Below are positions 27,633 through 38,065 of a stretch of DNA of 64,000 nt, piece after piece. The DNA comes from Dehalococcoidia bacterium (lineage in GTDB: Bacteria; Chloroflexota; Dehalococcoidia; Lucifugimonadales; UBA6952). Below the pieces are notes generated by a model. That model worked only from the letters and a program-made list of their open reading frames with translations. It was not told where the DNA came from and made no database searches. The DNA is taken from positions 87,038 to 151,037 of the forward strand of contig JAKUQA010000001.1 of NCBI GenBank assembly GCA_022450525.1, given 5' to 3'. The translations under genes were made by a program, and so were the position numbers. The stretch's first letter is position 1. Every line of letters starts with the position of its first letter.

Positions 27633-30600
27633 GTGAGTTTTAATTATAATAATAAAAATAAAGGTCTGTATTATCCATCATTCGATCACGATGCATGTGG
27701 TGTTGGAATGGTTGCGAACATTCATGGTAAGGCCTCAAATAAAATAATTGAGCAAGGGCTAACAATTCTTGATAATTTAGCTCATAGAGGTGCTTGTGGA
27801 GCTGATCCCGATACTGGAGATGGAGGAGGTATATTACTTTCAATTCCACATGAATTTTTTGCAAAACAATTAAATGCAAGTAATGTGAACATACCTGATA
27901 TAGGCGAATATGCTGTAGGTATGGTTTTTATACCCAATAATGCAAAAGACAAAGAGGTCTGCAAAAAGCTAATTGAGGAAATAATTAAAGACGAAAATAT
28001 TGAATTATTGTCATGGAGAGAAGTTCCGATAAAGGATGAAATAATTGGTTATGATGCAAAATCATCTATGCCTTTAATCATGCAGGTTTTTGTTAAAAAG
28101 CCTACTAATATCAATAATGAAGATGATTTTGAAAAAAAATTATACGTACTTAGAAGAAGGATAGAAATTTCTTCCACCAAATTAGATTTAAACAGTCCTG
28201 ATGATTTTTATTTCTGTAGTTTTTCTTGTCGAACAGTTGTTTACAAAGGGCTATTAACCCCTGAACAAGTAAAAGACTTCTATCCAGATTTGAAAGATAC
28301 TTTATTTAAATCTTGGTTTGGATTAGTTCATTCTCGATTTAGTACGAACACTTTAGGGAAATGGAAATTATCACACCCTTACAGATATGTTGCACATAAT
28401 GGAGAAATTAATACTGTTAGAGGAAATAGTAATTGGATGTCTTCTAGAGAAAAGATTATAACATCCGACTCTTTTGGGGAAGATGTTACAAAAATTGTTC
28501 CTATACTTGAACAAGGCGATAGCGACACAGCTTCTCTAGACAAAGTATTTGAATTACTTACATTGAGTGGTCGTTCATTACCACATGTAATGGCTATGAT
28601 GGTACCACAGGCATGGGAGGGTGATAATTCTATTTCTCCTGAACTCCGGGCATTTTATGAATATCATTCGTGTCTTATGGAGCCTTGGGATGGACCTGCT
28701 CTCGTTGCGTTTACCAATGGAAAACAAATTGGTGCCAATTTAGACAGAAATGGATTAAGGCCATTTCGTTTTTCTGTTACAAATGATGGTTTAATTGTGA
28801 TGTCTTCAGAAACAGGTGTTTTAGAACTAGATTCTGAAAAAATTCAAACCAGAGGAAGACTACAACCAGGAAAAATGATGATTGTTGACCCAGAACAAGG
28901 GAGGATTATTTTTGACAATGAAATAAAAGAAGATCTTGCAAAACTACAACCTTATCAGAAATGGGTGACTGAAAATCTAACTAGATTAGAGAATTTACCT
29001 GAAATATCTACTGCCGAAACAAAAGATAATATTGAGAATTTATCACAATTACAAAGATCTTTCGGTTATACGGATGAAGAATTAAGGATGCTTTTAGTGC
29101 CAATGGGACAAAATGGAGCTGAGGCTATTGGTTCTATGGGAACAGATACACCTATCGCTATTCTTTCAAATAAAACACAATCTGTATTTTCTTATTTTAA
29201 ACAATTATTTGCACAGGTTAGTAATCCGCCATTAGATGCAATAAGAGAAGAGTTGGTGACTTCATTAGAGGCACCTGTTGGTTGCGAGCAGGAATTGTTT
29301 AAGGAAACTGACATTCATTGCCAGCAATTAAAGCTATCATCACCTATTTTAACTAATCAAGAATTAGCAAAAATAAAAAACTTGAATAATCCAGGTTTAA
29401 AAACAGCAACTGTCAGTTGTTTGTATAGTATTGAAAATAAAAATGAGGATTTAGAAGAAACCATCAACAAAATTTGTGAAAGAGTTTCAGATGCTATAAA
29501 TGAAGGAAATACTCTAATAGTTTTATCTGATCGGGGTGTTTCGGGTGAAATGGCTGCAATTCCCTCACTTTTAATTCTTGCTGCAGTTCATCATGATTTA
29601 ATTAGAAGAGGTTTACGCTCCAAGGCTGGATTAATTGTTGAATCTGGAGAACCTAGGGAAGTCATGCACTTTGCTCTTTTGCTAGGTTATGGTGCAGCAG
29701 CAATTAATCCTTATCTAGCTTACGCAACTCTTGATTCAATGTTAGATAAGAAAGAAATAAATGTTAAAGATTTAGAATATGCTGTTCTAAATTACAAAAA
29801 AGCTATTCATAAAGGTTTGTTAAAAATCGCGTCTAAAATGGGTATTTCTACTATACAGAGTTATCGTGGAGCCCAAATATTTGAGTGCATAGGTTTTAAT
29901 GATAAATTAATAGAAAAATACTTCTGCTGGACTCCATCAAGAATCGGTGGAATTGGTATAGAAGAATTAGAACTAGATATGATTGAAAGACATTCTAAGG
30001 GGTTTTCTGAGGAGAGAAGTCCTACGTTACTAGATTTGGATTCAGGAGGACAATATCAATGGAGGCGTGATGGTGAATATCATATGTATAATCCTTTTGC
30101 TATAGCCAAACTCCAGGAATCAGCCCGAATAGGATCATATTCTGTCTACAAAGAATTTGCAGAATTGATTGACAAACAAGATCAGCAATTATCTACCTTG
30201 CGCGGCTTATTAGAATTTAAGGAAATATCAACACCTTTAGATATCTCTGAAGTTGAATCTGCTGACAATATAGTTAAAAGGTTTGCTACAGGTGCCATAT
30301 CACTAGGGGCAATTAGTCCTGAAGCTCATGAAACCTTAGCTATTGCCATGAACAAAATAGGAGCTCGTAGCAATACAGGTGAAGGCGGCGAAGATTCAAG
30401 AAGGTTTTCTTTAGATGAAGATGGTGAAAATAGAAATAGCGCTATAAAACAAGTGGCCTCTGGTAGATTTGGCGTAACTACTAACTATTTAGTCAATGCA
30501 ACAGATTTGCAAATTAAAATGGCACAAGGCTCAAAACCTGGAGAAGGCGGGCAATTACCAGGACATAAAGTGGATGATTATATTGGATGGGTTAGACATA

Positions 30601-32183
30601 CAACACCTGGAGTTGAATTAATATCACCACCACCCCATCATGATATTTATTCCATAGAGGACTTAGCACAACTTATTCATGATTTAAAAAATGTAAACTC
30701 AAATGCAAGAATACATGTAAAGCTGGTAGCTGAAGCAGGAGTTGGTACGATTGCTGCTGGTGTATCAAAAGGCCATGGCGACGTCGTGCTTATAAGTGGA
30801 GATAGCGGGGGAACAGGAGCCTCTCCTGAAACATCTATTAAACATGCTGGATTGCCTTGGGAGTTAGGTATTGCTGAAACTCAACAGGTTTTAGTGGAAA
30901 ATGATTTAAGAGGAAGAATTGTTGTCCAGGCAGATGGGCAACTTAAAACTGGTAGAGATGTAGCAATTGCTTGTTTGCTTGGTGCAGAGGAATTTGGTTT
31001 TGCTACAGCACCTTTGGTAACAATGGGTTGTATTATGTTGAGAAAATGCCACTTAAACGCTTGTTCTGTAGGTATAGCAACACAAGATTCTGAACTCAGG
31101 AAAAATTTTGCAGGAAAACCTGAACACGTTATTAATTATTTTTATTTCATAGCTGAACATATGCGAGAAATTATGGCAAGTTTAGGATTTAAAACAGTTA
31201 ATGAAATGATTGGTCGTGTAGATAAGCTGGATAGTAGAGTAGCGATTGATCACTGGAAGGCAAAGGGATTAGATTTTTCTAAATTACTATATAAACCACA
31301 AAGATTTGACGAAGTAGATACATACTGTGTGTCAGATCAAGACCATGCATTGGATAAAGCGTTAGATAATATTTTGATTGAAAACGCAGAATTAGCTATT
31401 AATAACGGGGAAAACGTAACCATTTCACATCAAATTAAGAATTCTAATAGAACAGTTGGTGCGATGTTAAGTGGCGAGGTGGCAAAAAAATATGGTGAGG
31501 ACGGGCTAAAGGAGAATACCATAAATGTAGAGTTTAAAGGTTCTGCAGGTCAGAGTTTTGGAGCCTTTTTGGCCAAAGGAATTACTTTCAATTTAGAAGG
31601 TGATGCAAATGATTACATCGGTAAGGGAATGTCTGGAGGAAGAATTTCGGTAAGACCCCCCAAGGAATCTAAATTTATTCCTGAAGAAAATATCATTACT
31701 GGTAACGTTAGTTTATATGGAGCTACTGGTGGCGAAATGTATTTGAGAGGAATGGCTGGCGAACGATTTGCTGTAAGAAATAGTGGTGCAATGGCGGTTG
31801 TTGAAGGTGTTGGTGATCATGGCTGTGAATATATGACTGGCGGGATAGTTGTTGTTTTAGGAAGTACTGGCAGAAATTTTGCAGCAGGTATGAGTGGCGG
31901 TATTTCATATGTTTATGATCCAGATGGAACATTTATTGATAAATGTAATAGTGAAATGGTAAAAATTGGTCCTTTAGATATTTCTGAAGATGAGATTGTT
32001 TTGAAAAATTTGATTGAAAATCATCTTGAATATACAGGTAGTGAAAATGCAAATAAAATCCTCAATAATTGGGAACAATCAAAAGAATCATTTATAAAAG
32101 TTATGCCAAGTGCATATGCATTGGTTTTGGAACAACAAGGTTTAGCGTTACCGAAAGAAATGGAGAAGATTTTGAATGGGTAA
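27633..32183 (+). CDS. gltB: Glutamate synthase large subunit
   Basis: 1516 aa. N-terminal amidotransferase Cys (HDACGVG), the FMN / 3Fe-4S region, and a C-terminal GXGXG beta-helix. GTG start 11 nt after the preceding gene. Confidence 0.95.
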   Translation: MSFNYNNKNKGLYYPSFDHDACGVGMVANIHGKASNKIIEQGLTILDNLAHRGACGADPDTGDGGGILLSIPHEFFAKQLNASNVNIPDIGEYAVGMVFIPNNAKDKEVCKKLIEEIIKDENIELLSWREVPIKDEIIGYDAKSSMPLIMQVFVKKPTNINNEDDFEKKLYVLRRRIEISSTKLDLNSPDDFYFCSFSCRTVVYKGLLTPEQVKDFYPDLKDTLFKSWFGLVHSRFSTNTLGKWKLSHPYRYVAHNGEINTVRGNSNWMSSREKIITSDSFGEDVTKIVPILEQGDSDTASLDKVFELLTLSGRSLPHVMAMMVPQAWEGDNSISPELRAFYEYHSCLMEPWDGPALVAFTNGKQIGANLDRNGLRPFRFSVTNDGLIVMSSETGVLELDSEKIQTRGRLQPGKMMIVDPEQGRIIFDNEIKEDLAKLQPYQKWVTENLTRLENLPEISTAETKDNIENLSQLQRSFGYTDEELRMLLVPMGQNGAEAIGSMGTDTPIAILSNKTQSVFSYFKQLFAQVSNPPLDAIREELVTSLEAPVGCEQELFKETDIHCQQLKLSSPILTNQELAKIKNLNNPGLKTATVSCLYSIENKNEDLEETINKICERVSDAINEGNTLIVLSDRGVSGEMAAIPSLLILAAVHHDLIRRGLRSKAGLIVESGEPREVMHFALLLGYGAAAINPYLAYATLDSMLDKKEINVKDLEYAVLNYKKAIHKGLLKIASKMGISTIQSYRGAQIFECIGFNDKLIEKYFCWTPSRIGGIGIEELELDMIERHSKGFSEERSPTLLDLDSGGQYQWRRDGEYHMYNPFAIAKLQESARIGSYSVYKEFAELIDKQDQQLSTLRGLLEFKEISTPLDISEVESADNIVKRFATGAISLGAISPEAHETLAIAMNKIGARSNTGEGGEDSRRFSLDEDGENRNSAIKQVASGRFGVTTNYLVNATDLQIKMAQGSKPGEGGQLPGHKVDDYIGWVRHTTPGVELISPPPHHDIYSIEDLAQLIHDLKNVNSNARIHVKLVAEAGVGTIAAGVSKGHGDVVLISGDSGGTGASPETSIKHAGLPWELGIAETQQVLVENDLRGRIVVQADGQLKTGRDVAIACLLGAEEFGFATAPLVTMGCIMLRKCHLNACSVGIATQDSELRKNFAGKPEHVINYFYFIAEHMREIMASLGFKTVNEMIGRVDKLDSRVAIDHWKAKGLDFSKLLYKPQRFDEVDTYCVSDQDHALDKALDNILIENAELAINNGENVTISHQIKNSNRTVGAMLSGEVAKKYGEDGLKENTINVEFKGSAGQSFGAFLAKGITFNLEGDANDYIGKGMSGGRISVRPPKESKFIPEENIITGNVSLYGATGGEMYLRGMAGERFAVRNSGAMAVVEGVGDHGCEYMTGGIVVVLGSTGRNFAAGMSGGISYVYDPDGTFIDKCNSEMVKIGPLDISEDEIVLKNLIENHLEYTGSENANKILNNWEQSKESFIKVMPSAYALVLEQQGLALPKEMEKILNG

Positions 32184-33639
32184 ACCATTGGGATTCAAGG
32201 ATTTTAAAAGAGAGACACCAAAAAAAATAGATGCTAATGCAAGAATAGCAAATTGGAAAGAAATATATTTGAAATGGCCAGAATCAGAGATAAGAGATCA
32301 AGGAGCTCGCTGCATGGATTGTGGCGTTCCATTTTGTCACACTGGATGTCCTTTAGGAAATATAATTCCAGAATTTAATGATCTAGTTTATAAAGGCGAA
32401 TGGCAAAAGGCACTGGAAGTATTGCATTCAACAAATAATTTCCCTGAATTTACAGGAAGAATTTGCCCTGCTCCATGTGAAGCAGCTTGTGTTTTAAATA
32501 TTAATCAGGATCCTGTGACTATAGAATACATCGAAAAATCGATTATAGAAACAGGTTTTGAAAACGGATGGGTTGTGCCTCAAGAACCCAAAATAAGAAC
32601 TGGGAAAAAGGTCGCTGTTGTTGGTTCAGGACCAGCAGGCTTAGCTGCTGCACATCAATTAAATAAATCTGGACACACAGTCACAGTCTATGAGAGAGAT
32701 GATTACATTGGAGGATTACTACGAATCGGAATTCCTGAATTTAAACTAGAAAAATCTGTTGTTCAGAGAAGAGTTGATTTAATGTCTGAAGAAGGGATTA
32801 AGTTTGTAACTGGAACTAATATAGGAATTGATATAAAGCACGATGAATTATTAGATTCGTTCGATGCTATCTGTTTAAGTGGAGGGTCTACTATACCTCG
32901 AGATTTACCAATCCCTGGAAGAGATCTTAAGGGAGTTTATTTTGCGATGGAATATCTAAGTCAGCAAAATAAAGAACTTTCTGGAGAGTATATAGATTCA
33001 GATGAAAAAATTTCAGCAGAAGGTAAGAAGGTTGTTATTATTGGTGGTGGTGATACTGGTGCAGATTGTTTAGGAACAGCACATAGACAAGGGGCAGAAA
33101 TAATATATCAATACGAATTACTTTCAGAACCTCCTCTCGAAAGATCAAACAATAATCCGTGGCCTTATTGGCCCCTTATACTCAGAATTTCCTCTGCTCA
33201 TGAAGAAGGTGGTACAAGAGAATTTAGCGTATTAACAAAATCCTTTTCTGGTGAGAATGGTGTACTGAAATCATTGCAAGGTGTCAAAATTGAATGGATA
33301 CAAGATGAGAATGGTAGACCAATAATGTCTGAAATTCCAGGGACTGAATTTGAAATAGAAGTCGATTTAGTTTTATTAGCAATGGGTTTTGTTCATCCGC
33401 AACAGGAAGGAATTATTGACCAACTAGGAATTGAACTGGATGGACGCAATAACGTTAATACGAATATTCAACATATGACGAATGTTGATAAAGTTTTTTC
33501 TGCTGGTGATATGCATAGAGGACAATCGCTTGTTGTTTGGGCTATAGCTGAAGGTAGGGAAGCTGCATATCATATAGACAAATATCTTATGGGTGTTACT
33601 GAACTACCTCAGAGTTTACCCGGGGCATTACCTAGATAA
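32176..33639 (+). CDS. gltD: Glutamate synthase small subunit (NAD(P)H-dependent)
   Basis: 487 aa. Cys clusters CMDCGVPFCH and CPAPCEAAC, plus the dinucleotide fold VAVVGSGPAGLAAA. Overlaps gltB by 8 nt. Confidence 0.93.
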   Translation: MGKPLGFKDFKRETPKKIDANARIANWKEIYLKWPESEIRDQGARCMDCGVPFCHTGCPLGNIIPEFNDLVYKGEWQKALEVLHSTNNFPEFTGRICPAPCEAACVLNINQDPVTIEYIEKSIIETGFENGWVVPQEPKIRTGKKVAVVGSGPAGLAAAHQLNKSGHTVTVYERDDYIGGLLRIGIPEFKLEKSVVQRRVDLMSEEGIKFVTGTNIGIDIKHDELLDSFDAICLSGGSTIPRDLPIPGRDLKGVYFAMEYLSQQNKELSGEYIDSDEKISAEGKKVVIIGGGDTGADCLGTAHRQGAEIIYQYELLSEPPLERSNNNPWPYWPLILRISSAHEEGGTREFSVLTKSFSGENGVLKSLQGVKIEWIQDENGRPIMSEIPGTEFEIEVDLVLLAMGFVHPQQEGIIDQLGIELDGRNNVNTNIQHMTNVDKVFSAGDMHRGQSLVVWAIAEGREAAYHIDKYLMGVTELPQSLPGALPR

Positions 33640-33694
33640 TATATACGATTAAAGACTATGATATACTTCAGTTTATTTACTTTTTGTATTAGGT

Positions 33695-35386
33695 GTGGAT
33701 ATGCAAACGCTTAGGATAGCAATGGCACAAATTAATCCTGTTGTGGGCGATATTCAAGGCAACACGGATAAGATTAAGAATTACATAAAACAAGCTCAAA
33801 AGGAAAATGTGGATGTTATAACCTTTCCTGAACTTGCGTTAACTGGATATCCACCTGAAGATTTATTATTCAAGACCCACTTCATAAACGACATCAAGAA
33901 ACATTTAGAAGAAGTTACAAAATCTACACAAGGAATAACTGCAATCATTGGTTTAGCGCGAGAGGAAAATGGATTACTAAATTCTGCAGCAGTTATATAT
34001 GACAGAAAAATCATTAATTTTTATGATAAAAAAATCCTTCCCAATTATGGCGTATTCGACGAAAAGAGATATTTTATATCTGGTAAAAATAACCCTGTAT
34101 ATTTAATTAATGGAATAACTGTAGGTATAAATATATGTGAAGATATTTGGTTTGAAGATGGACCAACCAAAGATCAAGCTGATTTAGGCGCACAATTAAT
34201 ATTGAATATTAATGGTTCTCCTTTTGATACTGAAAAAAGAGATATTCGTGAAAATATGCTTAAAGAGCGTGCATTACACAATAATTTGTATATTAGTTAT
34301 ACGAATATGGTTGGTGGACAAGATGAGCTTGTTTTTGATGGTGGAAGTGTACTTTTAAATCCAGCTGGAGAAATTATTTCCCGAGGAAAAGCTTTTGAGG
34401 AAGATCTCATAATCACCGATCTATATCTGGAAGAAACTACAAATTTTGTAGAAAGTAATACAAATATTTTTGTTTCAAACACTTTTAAAAATAAAAATCC
34501 CAGAACAATACCTGATAATCACATTGTAGAAATCAGTAAATTGGAGCAAATCCATAAAGCATTAATTTTAGGCACTCGAGATTATGTAAATAAAAGCGGA
34601 TTTACGAAAGTTATATTAGGTTTGTCAGGAGGCATTGATTCTGCGTTAACATGCTATATAGCTGTTAAGGCTTTTGGTAAAGAAAATGTATTAGGAGTTA
34701 TTATGCCTTCCCGTTTTTCTTCAGAGGGTAGTATTACTGATTCACAATTATTGGCAAATAATCTTGGTATAGATACAAAAATAATACCGATTGAGCCTGC
34801 ATATTCGTCATTTTTAGACATGTTATCTGAGTCTTTTGAAGGCACAAGTGTAGATGTTGCTGAAGAAAACCTTCAGGCAAGAATACGAGGTAATATATTA
34901 ATGGCCTTATCTAATAAATTTAATTGGATTACTTTAATTACTGGGAATAAAAGCGAAATGGCAACTGGTTATAGTACTTTGTATGGTGATATGGCTGGTG
35001 GATTTGCAGTACTAAAAGATGTTCCGAAAACATTAGTGTATGAATTATGTAGATATATAAATACCTTACAAGATACAGATTTAATACCTGAAACGATAAT
35101 TACCAAACCACCTAGTGCAGAATTAAGAGAAGATCAAAAAGATGAAGATTCTTTACCTCCCTATGACATACTAGATGCAATCTTAAAATATTATGTGGAG
35201 GAAGATAGATCTTTTCAAGAAATTGTTGATCTAGGTTATGATGAAGCGGTAGTTAAAAGAACTACATTGTTACTTGATAGGAGTGAATATAAAAGAAAAC
35301 AGTCTCCCCCCGGGGTGAAAATCACCCCTAGAAATTTTGGTAGGGATAGAAGGATTCCGTTAATTAATAAGTATAAAAATTGGTGA
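33695..35386 (+). CDS. nadE: Glutamine-dependent NAD+ synthetase (nitrilase-like domain plus synthetase domain)
   Basis: 563 aa. CN-hydrolase N-domain (FPELALTGYPPEDL, ICED) and the SGGIDS PP-loop. The true start may be the ATG at 33701. Confidence 0.9.
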   Translation: MDMQTLRIAMAQINPVVGDIQGNTDKIKNYIKQAQKENVDVITFPELALTGYPPEDLLFKTHFINDIKKHLEEVTKSTQGITAIIGLAREENGLLNSAAVIYDRKIINFYDKKILPNYGVFDEKRYFISGKNNPVYLINGITVGINICEDIWFEDGPTKDQADLGAQLILNINGSPFDTEKRDIRENMLKERALHNNLYISYTNMVGGQDELVFDGGSVLLNPAGEIISRGKAFEEDLIITDLYLEETTNFVESNTNIFVSNTFKNKNPRTIPDNHIVEISKLEQIHKALILGTRDYVNKSGFTKVILGLSGGIDSALTCYIAVKAFGKENVLGVIMPSRFSSEGSITDSQLLANNLGIDTKIIPIEPAYSSFLDMLSESFEGTSVDVAEENLQARIRGNILMALSNKFNWITLITGNKSEMATGYSTLYGDMAGGFAVLKDVPKTLVYELCRYINTLQDTDLIPETIITKPPSAELREDQKDEDSLPPYDILDAILKYYVEEDRSFQEIVDLGYDEAVVKRTTLLLDRSEYKRKQSPPGVKITPRNFGRDRRIPLINKYKNW

Positions 35387-35395
35387 GGATTTTTT

Positions 35396-36640
35396 ATGGC
35401 ACTAATAATTAAAAATTGTAATGTGATTGATGGTACGGGCAATGCTCCAGTTAAAAACCAATCAATCCGCGTTGATAGCGGAAAAATTGAATGGATTGGT
35501 AATAGTGATGAGTTTCCGTATGAAATAAATATAGATGATCAAGTGTTAGATATCGCTGGAATTACTGTCATGCCAGGTATGATGGATACTCATATTCATA
35601 TCACACAGGGTTATGAAGTAGACCAAAGTGGATTTTTAACTGAAACGATTCCATTTCTAACTGTTAGAGCAATAGATAGTTGTGAAAAGATTCTGCAATC
35701 TGGATTCACTACTGTAAGAAATATGGGGACATATGGATTTGTAGACGTGGCTATGAAAAATGCTTTTCAAAGAGGAATGATTGCTGGCCCCAGAATGATT
35801 GCTTCTGGCGAGATGCTTATGTCAACTGTTTCAGGTGAGCTTGGGTATTTGAGACATGAAATAGATATACCTGATATGAAATCTGGTATATTTTCTGGTG
35901 CAGATGAGGCGCGAAGAGCTGCAAGGTATCAGTTTTATCATGGAGCTGACGTTATTAAATTAATCGCTAGTGGTAGAGTTGGATCAGACGCATATACTCT
36001 TCCATGGGATACTGAAGTAGAACGATCAGAAATAAAAGCTATTACAGATGAAGCTCATAGATTAAATCGCAAGGTTGCAGCACACGCATATTCATCTGAA
36101 TCGGTTAGAGACTGTGTGTTAGAAGGTATTGATAGTATCGAACATGGAGTCATGATTGATTTGGAAACTATAAAATTAATGGCTGATAATGGTACATTTT
36201 TAGTACCTACCATGAATGCATTTAATAGTTATCTACAACCTGACGCTGAGCAACGTTATCCTCAATACAGATTAAATCGTGGAAGACCAATGGCTACGAT
36301 ACAAAGAGATAATTTTGAAGAATACCTTAAACATAAACTACCAATTGCCGTTGGTTCAGATGGACCAAGACCTGGTTCACCACCAGGTTCAAACGCCAGA
36401 GAAATTGAATTATTAGTAAGTGCTGGTATGGATAATTTATCAGCAATTAATTCAGCAACATTAAAAAGTGCTGAGTTACTAGGTATTGATAAAGAATTAG
36501 GATCAATAGAAGTTGGAAAAACTGCTGATATCATATTAGTTGATGGTAATCCTGAAAAAGACATATCAATTTTAAAAGATATTGATAAAATTAAAGTTGT
36601 TATTATTGAAGGTAAAGTTGTAAAAGACATTAGTAATTAA
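35396..36640 (+). CDS. Amidohydrolase-superfamily metal-dependent hydrolase
   Basis: 414 aa. The pattern I.N..V.DGTG..., PG.MDTHIH, and a C-terminal G.I.VGK.ADI..VDGNP is typical of this superfamily. Confidence 0.75.
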   Translation: MALIIKNCNVIDGTGNAPVKNQSIRVDSGKIEWIGNSDEFPYEINIDDQVLDIAGITVMPGMMDTHIHITQGYEVDQSGFLTETIPFLTVRAIDSCEKILQSGFTTVRNMGTYGFVDVAMKNAFQRGMIAGPRMIASGEMLMSTVSGELGYLRHEIDIPDMKSGIFSGADEARRAARYQFYHGADVIKLIASGRVGSDAYTLPWDTEVERSEIKAITDEAHRLNRKVAAHAYSSESVRDCVLEGIDSIEHGVMIDLETIKLMADNGTFLVPTMNAFNSYLQPDAEQRYPQYRLNRGRPMATIQRDNFEEYLKHKLPIAVGSDGPRPGSPPGSNAREIELLVSAGMDNLSAINSATLKSAELLGIDKELGSIEVGKTADIILVDGNPEKDISILKDIDKIKVVIIEGKVVKDISN

Positions 36641-36660
36641 AATCTTGTTTTTAACTGGGC

Positions 36661-38046
36661 GTGGCTATGAGTTCAAATTCGATAAAATTATCATTAGTTG
36701 TATTTACTAATGTATTTTTTGTGGTTTTCATTGGTTTTAATTTATTAGATTTAGATTTAGCTCTCAACGCAAGAATTACATTTGTAGTTTTACTTTTGGC
36801 AATATCATTATGGATAACTGAGATAATACCTGCATTTCTTACAGGTTTATTGGCTATTACAATCTTGGGATTATTTGCAGACAAAACAAGTGTAGCTAAC
36901 GTTTTTATTGGTTTCTCAAATCCTATAACACTATTTTTATTTGGGGTTTTAGGTATGGGTGTAATTGTCAGAGAAATTGGTCTGGGAGAAAAAATGGCAT
37001 ATATATTAATAGGGTTAGCAAAAAGTAACCCTATATTACTTTTCTTTCAAACCTTACTTTCGTTTGTAGTACTAACATTTTTCATTCCTTCCGCCACAAC
37101 GAGGAATGCGATTTTAGTTCCAGTTTATGATGAAGTATTCAGCTTATGGAATATAGACCCTAGTGGTGGATTTGGTAAAGCGATAACTTTATCTTTAGGG
37201 TCCCTGAATCGATTAGCATCCTCGGCTGTTTTAACTGGTGGTATCGCTCCAATTGCAGCAGCAGGTTTGCTAGATATGAATATTTCCTGGTTTAAATGGT
37301 TTGTTCTCTTAAGTATTCCTTATTATTTCATATTGTTTATTGGGGGACTATTTTTATTTTTTATATATAGGAAAGGTTTTCAAACTGTTGAAAAGAAAAA
37401 TTGGAATTTGGAAAAAACTAATTTAAATTCAGATCAAATAAAAGTTATAGTGCTCTTACTTTTTGCAGGTTTTGTATGGTTTACTGATTCTTTTCATGAT
37501 ATACATCCTGCAATTCCAATACTTATTGCAAATATAATATTGATTCTACCTAAATTTGGCGTTGTTTCGTGGAAAGTTGTGGAGCAGGGCATTGATTGGG
37601 GTACAATAATACTGATAGCCGCTTCGTTTTCTCTAGCTTTTGCGATAACAGATTCAGGTTTGGCAAATTGGATTAAAGACATAACCAATAGCTTTGTTGA
37701 ATTAGGTAGTGACAGTACTTTTACAGTACTGTTGTTGTTAACAGTAGTTTGTTCTGTTATCCGTTTTTTAATACCCAATATTGTTGGATACCTTGCAATA
37801 GTAATACCAGTAGCAACTTTAATTGGAACTACTTATGGCATAGATCCAATTATTACAGGTTTAATGGCATTAATATTAGGAGACGGTGTAGTTTTTTATG
37901 TATCTGCTGGTACATCTGGGATATTAGTATTTGGTAAAGGAAATGTGCCTGGCCCTGAGATTTTTCGATTTGCTCTATTAATGCTTTTAGTATGTGTAAT
38001 CGTTGTATTATTTGTAGGAGTACCTTGGTGGACTTTAAACATATAG
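36661..38046 (+). CDS. Multi-TM anion permease (ArsB/NhaD / DASS-like superfamily)
   Basis: 461 aa with about 12 or more hydrophobic segments and a two-fold repeat architecture. The substrate is unknown. Confidence 0.5.
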   Translation: MAMSSNSIKLSLVVFTNVFFVVFIGFNLLDLDLALNARITFVVLLLAISLWITEIIPAFLTGLLAITILGLFADKTSVANVFIGFSNPITLFLFGVLGMGVIVREIGLGEKMAYILIGLAKSNPILLFFQTLLSFVVLTFFIPSATTRNAILVPVYDEVFSLWNIDPSGGFGKAITLSLGSLNRLASSAVLTGGIAPIAAAGLLDMNISWFKWFVLLSIPYYFILFIGGLFLFFIYRKGFQTVEKKNWNLEKTNLNSDQIKVIVLLLFAGFVWFTDSFHDIHPAIPILIANIILILPKFGVVSWKVVEQGIDWGTIILIAASFSLAFAITDSGLANWIKDITNSFVELGSDSTFTVLLLLTVVCSVIRFLIPNIVGYLAIVIPVATLIGTTYGIDPIITGLMALILGDGVVFYVSAGTSGILVFGKGNVPGPEIFRFALLMLLVCVIVVLFVGVPWWTLNI

Positions 38047-38065
38047 TCATTTAATAGGAGATGAA

